Translations under genes and position numbers: made by a program
The notes under the pieces: model-generated
What the model was told of the DNA's origin: nothing
The model's input: the letters and a program-made list of their open reading frames with translations, nothing else
Databases searched by the model: none
NCBI GenBank assembly: GCA_951406725.2
Contig: OX597815.1
Location: 70,122,001 to 70,186,000, forward strand
Reading direction: 5' to 3'
Origin: Octopus vulgaris
Taxonomy: Eukaryota
DNA: 64,000 nucleotides
Part shown: positions 13,445-24,900 of the stretch, one piece after another
Layout of the letters: each line of letters begins with the position of its first letter
Position numbering within the stretch: position 1 is the first letter of the stretch

Positions 13445-13835
13445 ATATATATATATATATATATATACATACATACATATATATAAATACATACATATAT
13501 ATAAATACATACATACATATATATAAATACATACATACATATATATAAATACATACATACTATATATAAATAAATACATACATACATACATACATATATA
13601 TATAAATACATACATACATATATATATAAATACATACATACATATATATATATACATACATACATACATACATACATATGCACATGCACACACATACATT
13701 TTATATATATATATATATATATATAATGATTATATATATATATATATACACATACACACACATGCACATATACATATGTATGTATGCATGTATTCGTGCG
13801 CATGCATGTGTGTGCATGTGTATGTGTGTTTGTGT
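13445..13835. repeat. Compound (TA)n/(TACA)n/(CA)n/(TG)n microsatellite
   Basis: Seen directly; accounts for the four Y/I/C/V/M-rich ORFs in this interval. Confidence 0.95.
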
Positions 13836-15039
13836 ATGCATTATGGCCATTTTAAACATAAAAACATACAATCTTTTATTTGACTTGCATGCATTGGTTA
13901 CAGCCCAAAGTGCATAGTTATTGTTCCAATGCATTGTGTGTCTATCTCAAAAATTCCCTAATCTGGAGCAACATGAAACTTAATGACAAAACCTATTGCA
14001 GTGAATATATAAAAATTAAACAAATTAACGACTGACCATCCTTCAGAATAAAGAATGAAAAAATATAAAATAATATAAACAAGAAATAAAATATTCAAAA
14101 TTTAAGACATTGCAAAATATTAATATTGCTAAAAAATTTTCAAGCAAATATCCAACTAAATAAGACTGTTATTCTAAAACAAGATAGGTTTAGAATATAG
14201 GAATGAGTTTACATAAATATATTCAAGGACATCAGCACTCCAAAATCTAGAGTTGATAGATATTTCATGATTTACAACCAAAATGAGGCCCATTAGGTCT
14301 TTAGTTGTTCCATACAAATCCTACATCCTGGCAACTACTGGGTTTGTGGAACTTGTTGCATCAAGCCAATACAGGTTTGAAGGACAAGAGAGTGGAGGTT
14401 GGATTTGCAGAAACCAATGCTCACCATAATAAAGACCTACTGTGCAGGTCGTTCAGCAAACCAAGACACCAGCACCAATACCATCACACTTTCTTCATAA
14501 GTCCAGATGTGATGGAGAAAAAGATGATGGAGACAGGTAGAGGATGCTACTGGAAATGTTCAGTTTTGACCCAGAACACAGATGGCCATAGGGTGATGAC
14601 CATTTTAGCTGTATCTTACTGAACCTTCATTTATCAAAGCATTCATCAAAGCAGTGAGCAAGTCCACCACAACCAAGATGGAACTGAAAGCTTACACTCT
14701 TAAAATAGAGAAAAAATCAAAAAAGTAGAAAACTACAAAACCTTGAACATTATATCTTTGAATCAAAGAGTGATATTGAAATCAGGATTAGTAAAGCATG
14801 GGGAATGCTTAACTGTCTGGATAAGATATGAAAATCAAATATTTTGTGAAAAACTAAAATAAATTTCTTATGGACATTTGTTTCTACTCTCTTTCTTGTT
14901 AACTCTCTCTCTCTCTCTGGTTGTGTAACCATGTACTTTTCCTACAGCAAGACATCTGTTTCTGTCTCTGTCACACTCTAACCTTTCATCATCTAACACA
15001 AGATCACCTCACCATCTGACTTACAATTCCCATGAAGAA

Positions 15040-15345
15040 AACACTAAATGGCACATGCACAGAATGGTCTGTGCTGCTTTAAATATCTCATGGTATCAAC
15101 ACATGACTAATAAAGAACTATACCAAGATATCTCCTATATCACAGAGACAATATGAAAGCACAGGCTGAGATTTATTGGGCACAGTTGGTGTCAAAAAGT
15201 GGGGTTAGCGGCTGAAGTTCTTCAGCAGCAACCTATTCATAATAAACAGGAAAGAGGTAGACCAGCAAAACACTACATCAACCAATTGTTCAAGAGCATA
15301 CAAAACAGTATCGATTATAGAGAGGAAAGGAAGATGCATGTCAGC
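15040..15345 (+). mobile_element. RTE/RTEX LINE ORF2 C-terminal fragment
   Basis: RMVCAALNISWYQHMTNKELY...HRLRFIGH...ERGRPAKHYINQL, typical RTE-group C-terminal motifs; stop and frameshift present. Confidence 0.75.
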
Positions 15346-17585
15346 AATGTTGAGAATTTCTTGACCCACCATCTAACTAATTAATTAACTAACTAACATG
15401 AAACATTCAACTTCAACGTCTGTAACATCAGCCAATACAGAAAACTAATTATGTATAAAACTATTTATAGCATAAGATTTTCTGATGGCACTAGCTATGT
15501 GTTGGAATTTTGTAAGTAAGATAGTTAGCTTATTAGGAACTAGTGTTTCAGTTAGGACAGTGATTCCCTGGATATTTCATTATTTTTTTAACTATATGCA
15601 ACCAGATATTGATCTTAATGACAAAAAGGCATCACTGAAAACTATGTGGTTCTCTGGTAAAATATTAAACTACTGAGTCAAAATCAATGTTTTAGAAATA
15701 ACATTTATGGTTATATTAACTATATTAGTGTTTCAGCTCATTTGATCATTTTTATCGATAGTAATAAACTATAAGTGTCAATGGACACAGTGCACCCTGG
15801 CAGCCAACTATCATAAAAGAGACAATCACTTCTAGGTTAATTCAGGTGGGATTGGAAGTTTGAATTTTAAATCAAAGAGTAGCTTTTCTATAACGAGACC
15901 ATATTCAACATTTGATCAAAAAATAAATAAATATTGTCTGAAGGTCACACAATGATCCTTAAAGAAACCCAAAATATATACTTGAAAATCAGATCATGTT
16001 TCTTTTTGAGAGGAACAAAACTAAGTAGTTCTCATCATGATGGTTGTAAACGACATCCTTAAATATCAGGAATGATACAAGGATTCTTCTCCCTTTCTAC
16101 TCTAAATCTATACTATTTTTCATCAAACGATTGCTCCTTCTCACCTTAAATAATTATTCACCATTAAAAGTACTAAAAGAGTAGGACCTCACTAATAGAT
16201 TCCTTTTTAAAAAATGCCCAGTTTGACTGCTATCATTTTCAATTCAAAGTTGTATGTTTTGTTGACAAAAACTTTATTAATAAATTAATAACCTCTCCAT
16301 TTCATTGCACTTCAACAACAAATAAGCCTTTTTAATACAGGTGCAATGCCTGAAATTTGAGAGAGGGAAGTTAGTCAGTTACATCGACCCCAAGGCTTGA
16401 TTAGTATTTTATTTGTTCGGCCCCTAAAGAATGAAAGGCAAAATTGACCATGGCAAGATTTAAGCTCAGAAACGTAAAAAGCAAGAAAAAATACAGCTAA
16501 GCACTTTGTCCAACTCACTAATGATTCTGCCAACTCACTGCCTTACTTCAACAATAAATAACCAAACCCAGGATAATTAACACACAAACATATAATTAAT
16601 AATTATTGATTTTCAATTATAAACAAAACAAAAAAAAAAGAAAACATATGCAATAAATTATAAAAATGTACACACACATACATGCACATAGACACACACA
16701 TTAAATATTATAAACATATTTACATGCTTGCACAGGCACACACACAAGCAAACAAACATACATATGTATTCCTGTATATCACATTGGTGAAATAAATTAA
16801 TAAGATAAATGTAGCAAAAATGAAAAACACGAAATTTCATTAGTTTCATGAATATAACTCGCAGAAGTTTCACAGTTTGAAATTATAATGTAATAAATTA
16901 TAATATTTAATAACTGTCATATATATATTTAAAAAAAGTCTTGCCAGTTTTATATATAAGAACAAAATATAAGGTAGGATGAGACTTAATAAACTTTATA
17001 ACTAAAACAGAGTGTATATAAATATTTGGGTTTTTTGTTTGTTGTTTTGTTTGTTTTTTTTAGTTTCAAAGCAAGCATTGATAGAACAGAAAAAGCAACT
17101 GATATGTTGGTAACTATCAAAAGATTAAATTATTTTGAACATTTTATTTTTTTTGTTTTTGTTGTCTCCAGATTTTGTTTTATTCAATTCTTTAAGGAGA
17201 AAGAGAGAGAGAGCTGAGATGATGTTATCCATAACCAGCTGAGATAACAGGATTTGGGTGGAAATGTTGGTGGTTGCAATACTGGGGGAGGTGGTGGAGA
17301 TGCAGACTTGAGTCAGCTGTGATGTGGGAGGGAGACTGAAGATGAAGGAAGGAGGATGACAAATATGGAGAGAGGGAGAAGGGTGATGTTGGAGGTGAAG
17401 GACAAGACTGAAAATGGAGGCAGGGACAATACTGTAGCTGCAGGAAGGGAGAGCATGACTGAAAATCAGGAAGGAGTGGGGGTGAGGGTCAAGGTTGAAG
17501 TTTTCATCAGGGCAAAACTGAATGAAGTTGGTGCTCTTCAAGAAATTATAGATGAATATTTTTTCAAGGATGTAAATAATTTTAG

Positions 17586-17628
<43 letters not shown>

Positions 17629-18010
17629 AAATTATTTTATTCCACATGATCAGACAGGAGAAATAAAAATCTAAATGAATCCCACCTTGTTTCACATTTA
17701 TGTGTTACTCCTTATATATATATATATATATATATTCCACATGGGTAGAAATAAAAATCTAAATGAATCCCAATGCATTTTCAACTTCTTTGATATATAT
17801 AACTATATATAATAGGCACGAGTTAAAAAGTGACTCAAGGACCAAATGTTTCATGCTATGGCATTTATCAAACTATCATATTTGCATCACCTAACCTCTG
17901 TGTGTGTGTGTGGATGTGTGTGTGTGGTGTGTGTGTGTGTGTGTATTCATATATATCATGAAATCTATTATGACTTCATTAAATAAAGATTTCTAGCAAA
18001 ACAATAATTG

Positions 18011-18055
<45 letters not shown>

Positions 18056-18717
18056 ATGTTTGTGTGTGTTTATTAAACAAACCCTAAAACAAATTTTGCT
18101 GTATTTCACCTGGAAGATATCAAGGATTTGTGATTTAAGATGGAAAGAGTTCTAAGAAGTAGTTATCTAATATTTATCTCAGATAAAGAGATAAAATCTC
18201 CAGGAAAAAAAAATAGCATATTGTTTTGAAGATTAATTATTTCCTGGTCTCAGAAATCTTGTTACAGGTCTCCCCCTCTCCGACATTGGTTCTATATTAA
18301 TGTTTTACCTGGACCAGGCTGTGTGTTGTCTTCTTGGGCAAAACACCTTATTTTATGTTGCTCCAGTTCACTCAGCTGTAGAGATAAGTTGCAACATCAC
18401 TGATGCCAAGCTGTATCAACCTTTGCCTTTTCCTTGGATAACATCGGTAGCATGGAGAGGAGAGGTTGGTTCACATGGATAACAACTGGTCTTACATAAA
18501 CAACCTGGGCTGGACTTGTGCCTCAGAGGGTATCTTTCTAGGTGCAATCCCATGGTCATTCATGACCGAAAGGGGTCTTTACTCTTTATCCTTTACTGCT
18601 ATACTTCCAGAAACAACCAAAAATCTATTTTACATGTAATAAGTACATTAACAATTGAACTTTACTCAGGGACTGAAATCTTAATATCTTTAAGATAAAG
18701 ATCTCAATACTTTAAAT

Positions 18718-19135
18718 CAGGTATGGCTGTGATGTTAAGAAGCTCGCTTTACAACCAGGTGATTTGGGGTTCAGTCCCAATGCCTGGCACTTTGGACAAG
18801 TGCTTTCTATTACAGCCTCAGGCCAACTGATGTCATGTGAGTGAATTTGGCAGACGGAAACTGTATGGAAGCCCGTCATATATATATATATATATATATA
18901 TGTATAATCTATGTGTGTGTCTTTGTGTGTTTGTCACCACTACCACCACACGTGACAACCAGTGTTTGTTCATGTCCCCATAATTTAGCAGCTTAGCAAA
19001 AGAGCACGATAGAATAAGTATAGGACTTACAATAAAAAAAAGATAAAACAAAGAAATATAAGTACTAGGGTTTGGTTTGTTAGACTAAAACCATTGAAGA
19101 TGGGTGCTCCAGCATGGCTGTAGTTCAATGGTCAA
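18718..19135 (+). mobile_element. tRNA-derived SINE family B with internal (TA)n(TG)n; representative copy
   Basis: Head ggctgtg...gggttcagtccca...gcaagtgtcttctactatagcc...gacggaaactg, tail gatagaataagta...gctccagcatggc. Relatives at ~6380, 21818-22700, 24308-24690, 26245, 41505, 48570, 49970, 54525, 55940, 56880, 60620-60966, 63770. Confidence 0.8.
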
Positions 19136-19719
19136 TAAATATAGCTGAAATACCTTGAATGAATTAAATTATTTTACAGCGCTAGATGATGGAATCTTGC
19201 CTCCTCACTAAAATGAGGTACAGTAGGGTGGGGTGGGGTAGATTTGGTGGTGGTGGTGGTGGTGGAGAGAATATAAGGAGGAATCATGAGAAGTAAGATT
19301 AAGAATCAAAGAGAACCAATTGAATCTTTTACCCTCTGCTTTTGAAATGTAAAAAAAAGAATTTTTTTTTATGACATTCTGGAAATGAAACATAAAGAAA
19401 GGGGACAGCAATGACCAACAGACCTTGTACAGAACAAGATGAAGGGACTAAAAAGCTTAAAAACAAAAGAAAAAAACAAAAAATAAACAAAAAAAATCAT
19501 ATGCAAAATAACTTGTTTTTAACTCATTGTTTTCGGTCATAATTAACAAGTCATGTGATACAAACATGACGACTAAGATAACAAAAGTTATTTATTCTAA
19601 AAATCTTGATATCAGTCATGATTGCAGCAACAGCATTATTAATATTCTTTCTTTTTTAAATAAATCTTTCTGATTAAACAATAGAGATTTATAAGAGTAA
19701 CTTAATAATAATAATAATA

Positions 19720-20537
19720 ATTTGGTATGAGGTCAGCAATTTCAAGGGAGGGATAAGTCAATTATATCAACCCCAGTGCTAAACTGGTTCTTATTTTATC
19801 ACCATATCACCTCTGAAAGGATAAAAGATAAAGTTCACCTCAGCAGCATTTAAACTCCCTGTAAGAAATACTGCTAAGCATTTTGTCCTATGCATTAACA
19901 GTTCTGCCAGTTCACCACTTTATGGCTTCAAATTTTGGTACAAGGCCAGCAATTTTTTAGGGAAAAGGAGGTTGGGGGTTAGTTGATTACATCAACACCA
20001 GTACTTGACTGATCCTTTCTTTTATCAACCCAAAGAGGATGAAAGGCAAACTCAACATCAGCAGGATTTGAGCTCAGTATATAAAGAGCTGGAAGAAATA
20101 CTGCTACACATTGTGTCTGGTGTGCTAACAATTCTGCCAGCTCACTGCCTTAATAATAATAATCCTTTCTATTACATTTTGAGTGAGTAGTCTAGTCAAT
20201 TACATCGATCCCAGTTCTCAACTAATATCTATTTCATTGACCTCAAAAGGATGAAAGACAAAGCCAACCTCAGCGGTATATGAACTCAGAATGTAAAGAC
20301 AGATTGTCTGGCATGCTAACAATTCTGCCAGTTCGCAGCCATAATAATAATGATTTCAAATTTTAGCACAAGGCCAGTAAATTCAGGTGAGGAGTAAGTC
20401 AATGACATCGATCCCAGTGCACAACTGGTACTTTTTCACTGACTCTGCAAAGATGAAAGGCAAAGTCAGCCTCAGTGGAATATGAACTCTGAATGTAAAG
20501 ATGGACGAAATGCCGCTAAGCATTTTACCTGATGTGC

Positions 20538-20540
<3 letters not shown>
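19720..20540 (-). mobile_element. Four head-to-tail SINE family A copies just downstream of the JMY stop codon
   Basis: Copies at about 19722-19920, 19927-20150, 20165-20340 and 20353-20540, mostly separated by (AAT)n. Confidence 0.78.
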
Positions 20541-20570
<30 letters not shown>

Positions 20571-20773
20571 AAATGATAATAATAATAAAATTCAATTCTG
20601 CAAATAATATATAAAAATCCACTCTGGGAGTTTAGGAAACAACTAAATAGTAGTAATGATAATAATAATAAAAATAAAAGACAAAACAACGATACAGAAA
20701 TAATGAAACTAAGAAGGGTTCATGGCAGGTTATTTAAGTGGGAGGGTAGGAGGGGGAACAAGGCAGCTGGGTG

Positions 20774-20991
20774 TTAATAATCATCAAAGTTGTCGTAATC
20801 ACTGTCGTCAGACTCAGGTGAACTGTCACGAGTCAATCGATTGATTCGGTTAAGACTCTCCTGAAGTAGTTTCAGATGAGAGTCACTTGGAATCGGTGAA
20901 GGAGAACCACGTTCACAGCCAGAGTCCCGTTCTGTAGTTGGGCGTAACTTGACGCCTTTCTTGATCATATCTAAAATGTCATCCATGGGAT
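20774..20991 (-). CDS. JMY: JMY/WHAMM last coding exon (WH2, central and acidic motifs)
   Basis: ttttctag|AT CCC ATG; encodes (D)[18 protein letters not shown] (WH2)...[14 protein letters not shown] (central helix)...[16 protein letters not shown], then TAA. Confidence 0.93.
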
Positions 20992-21954
20992 CTAGAAAAA
21001 TGAAACAGTAAAGAAAAAAGGGAATATTAGTAATTGTAATAATTATATATTAGGTGTTATAACTAGACAAACATCAGTAATAGGTATAGAAATGTACAAC
21101 ATACAAATATGCAGTACACATATAAGCATATGCACACATACAGAGATACATTTGCAGGTATATGCACACATACACACATAACCATGCATACATAAACACT
21201 CACACCTTTCAAAATTTGGAGTCTAAGAGTAATAAGCATGGCGTGTGTGTGGGTTTGCACTCATGATTGTAAGATTGTGGTTTCTATTCTTGAACTGTGC
21301 AATGTGTTGTGTTCATGAGCAAAACACTTCATTTCACACTACTCCAGTCCACTAAGCAATGAAAGTGAATAAACCTGCAACAGAGTAGCATCCCATCCAG
21401 GTGGGAAATATATGTGCCACAGAATCCCAGAAACTGGCCTTATGAGCCTATATAACTTCGGAAGGGCCTTTGATAATTTTTGAGAGATGTATACATCTTT
21501 TATCTTTCACTAGTTTCAGCCAGAGGCTGAGGCCATGCTGGGGCACCACCTTTCAATATGTTTGGGTTTCTTCTCTGTATTGTTTCTGGTGATGTAGCAA
21601 CATGCATTGACAACAAATGGTATAATCAGCATCTTGTGTTTATCATGTTTTGTCCTAAATTTGCTCTGTATATTATAACCTGTAATACTGCTAAGTATGG
21701 TATTAACAACATCACTATACTCTAGAGTGGATGATGATACTCTAAATTCACCAGAAGCAGTTGTAAATCTAACTGTATACACATACACACATATAAATAT
21801 ATATATATATATACATATGTGGTTGCTTCCCAACCACATGGTTCTGGATTCAGGCTCACTGCATGGCACTTTGGGCAAGTGTCTTCTACCATAGTCTTGG
21901 GCTGGCCAAAGCCTTGTGAGTGGATTGGCTAGAGGGAAACTGAAAAAAGCCCAT

Positions 21955-21990
<36 letters not shown>

Positions 21991-24900
21991 TATCGTTTGT
22001 AAAAAACATAAATCTGAAAGAAAAAGCACACTCTAAGATGTAGAGCAGTATATATTAAAAATGGGGAAGGCTGGTTTATGGGATTACCTTAGGTTTCACG
22101 TCCATAAAGGGTTTAACTTTATGGCGTATCGTCAGATCCCCAAAACCTGTTGGCTCATGATCTCTTAAAAATATGGAGTGGCGGGGGAATGTCTCACTAC
22201 TCAAAGGTAACAATTGGGGATTACTCCTTTTGCTGCAGGCACTTCCAGCTGTGCCGCTATCTTCTGGGCTCCAGTCCCTGATAGGTTTTTGGAGCCCACA
22301 AGATGGTGGCACGGCTGGAAGTTGATAGCCAATAACGAAGGGAGATAATCCCCAATAGTTACCATTGAGCAGTGAGGCATTTCTCCCTCCATACTTTTAA
22401 GAGGTCATGAGCCAACAGGGTTTTGGGATCTTATGATACGCCATAAAGATAAACCCTTTATGGACAGGAAACCTAAGGTAATACCATAAACCAGCCTTCC
22501 CCATTTTTAATATATGTGTGTGTGTGTGTGTCTTTGTTTGTCCCCTCACCATCACTTGACAAGCAGTTCAGCAGAAGAGACTGATAGAATAAGTACAAGG
22601 CTTACAAAGAATAAGTCCTGGGCTTGATTTCTTCTAATAAAACCCTTTAAGGCAATGCTCCAGCATCACCACAGTCAAATGACTGAAACAAGTAAAAGAA
22701 TATCTATATACATATCTATATATAAATAACAAATGAAAGACAGAAGATGGAATATACAAGAATTTATTATTAATCACAACAATTGTTTCAACACATCTAG
22801 CATCGACTCCTCTTAGGTGGGACACTCAACAACTGGTTCAGGAGTACTAGTGGTGCAGACGTATCTTGTCAGGTGATAAATAAATTTTCTCGTATATTCC
22901 ATCTTGTGTCTTTCATTTGTTATTTACCTAACAATCACTCTGAAAGTGACCGTGCTTTACCAGTAAGCTACCAAGTGTAAACCATTCGTTCTATTATCCA
23001 TATATATAAATAGCCAGTACTCAAGGCTGTGGAGCGGGGTTACACTGTATGTAAGCTGTGGAGGTCTATACTGGAAACCAAGCTATACAAGTTTCCTCTA
23101 TGACCAAAGCTGTACAGGTCTACATTGCAAACCAAGCTGTACAGATCTATACTGTGACCAGAAGTATGCAGGTCTACACTGCAGCCACAGCTGTAGAGTC
23201 TATATTCTAACCCAAGCTGTTGAAGTCTACACTGTACCAAAAGCTATAGGGGTTCTTCAGCATATCCAGAACTACGTGGACTCACACTGTATTCAGAACA
23301 TTGGTGTTCTACACAGTGACTCAAGCTGTGAAGTTTACAACAATGATAACAACAAAAACAGCAACAGCATTATTGATTTCTCTGTGAAGAAGTGAAAACA
23401 CAAAAAAAGAATACAAGTACCTTGTTTGAGGGGTGGTGGTTTTATGTGTCGGCTGGCTGGCTTGAGACGGTTCTTACTACTTAAAATGCTCTCCAGATTT
23501 GGAATGACCGACGGTGCTCTGGTAGAGTCAGCAGAATGTCCATTTAAGTCTTTTAAAGCAGTTTGTTTTTTGATAAATACTTTCTTTCTGTCCTCTTTGT
23601 TATTACTATCAGGTGCCGACGAAGGAGCTTTCTGCTGTTGTTGTGTGGGAGGAGGTAACGGAGGGGGCGGAGGAGGTGGAGGTGGGGGTGGGGGCGGTGG
23701 CACCGATGACACAGAGGGGACTTGTTGAGGGGTGAGTGTGGGAGGAAGAATGTCTGTTGGTGGTGATACGTCCGAGATGATTTCTGGCGAAGTGGTGGCG
23801 GTGGATGATGACGCAGCCGGAGACAGTGAAGGAGACGAGATTAGCTTCTCTTCGTTGGTGACTGCTTTTTCTTCACCAAGTCCTGATTCTTTGCTAAGAC
23901 TTTTACTGTCTTTTACAGCTCCAGCACCAGACTGAAATATCTGAATGTCAAAATCTGTTTGCTGTTTTCTCTTGTTATGCTTCCTCCATGACTGACTAAG
24001 AGGATTAGCAGTAGAATTTTTACTGTCAGGTTCTGGAAGATTCAGTGTTAAAGGATGAGTGTCTGGTGAAGCAGTTAGTGAGTTGGAATTAGCAACTGGT
24101 CTTTTCTGTGAGTGGGCAGGTTGGTACTTGTGTGGCCTGATTGTAGATGGTGTCGGATATTTCTAGAGAAAAAGTAAAAAATAAAAAGAACAGAACAGAA
24201 TAGAAACACTTCCCCCCATCCCACCCCACCACTGCCCTGCCACAACTTTAAACAGATTTGAAAATTGCAAACGATAAGAAACATAATATTAATTTAAATA
24301 CAAGCACAAGCATAGCTGTGTGATAAGAAGCTTGCTTCTCAACTGCATGGTTCCGTGTTTAGTCCTACTGCATAGCATCTTGCGCAAGTGTCTTCTACTA
24401 TAGCCTCAGGCTAACCAAAGCCCTGTGAGTGGATTTGGTAGAAGGAAGCTGAAGGAAACTCATCATATATATATATTTGTGTGTGTCTTTGTGCTGTGTG
24501 TTTGTGCCCCATCCCTACCTATTTGACAATCAGTGTTGGTGTGTTTACATCCCTGTACCTCTGTGGTTTGGCAAAAGAGACCAATAGAATAAGTACTAGG
24601 CTTTAAAGACAGTCCTAGTGTCAATTTGTTCAACTAAAACTCGAGGTGGTGCCCCAGCACGGCCACAGCCAAACGACAACTGAAACAAGAGATAGATAAA
24701 AGATACATTAACTAGAATATACTGAGTGCTTTCTTCATATCACTGGTACTAGTAAAGTTACCATGCAGGTTTAAGTCTATGAAACCCAAGGTCATGGAGC
24801 AGCCAATGTATAATAGCTCCATAGTACCACAATGAAAAAATATTATTAAAGAAACACAGCAGATATCAAGTAAAAATATGCCTTAATAACAGAATAGTCA

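Noticed and set aside
13381-13934. Several 77-140 aa ORFs rich in Y/I/C/V/M/H/T
   Set aside because: Translations of (TA)n/(TACA)n/(TG)n microsatellite. The same applies to ORFs at 39287-39635, 51423-51779 and 51982-52661.
3500-20773. JMY polyadenylation site and 3' UTR extent
   Set aside because: Minus-strand AATAAA motifs are too frequent in this AT-rich DNA to choose one.
23426-23935. Plus-strand Gly-rich ORFs (100 aa and 67 aa)
   Set aside because: Antisense shadows of JMY exon 8 (polyproline codons).
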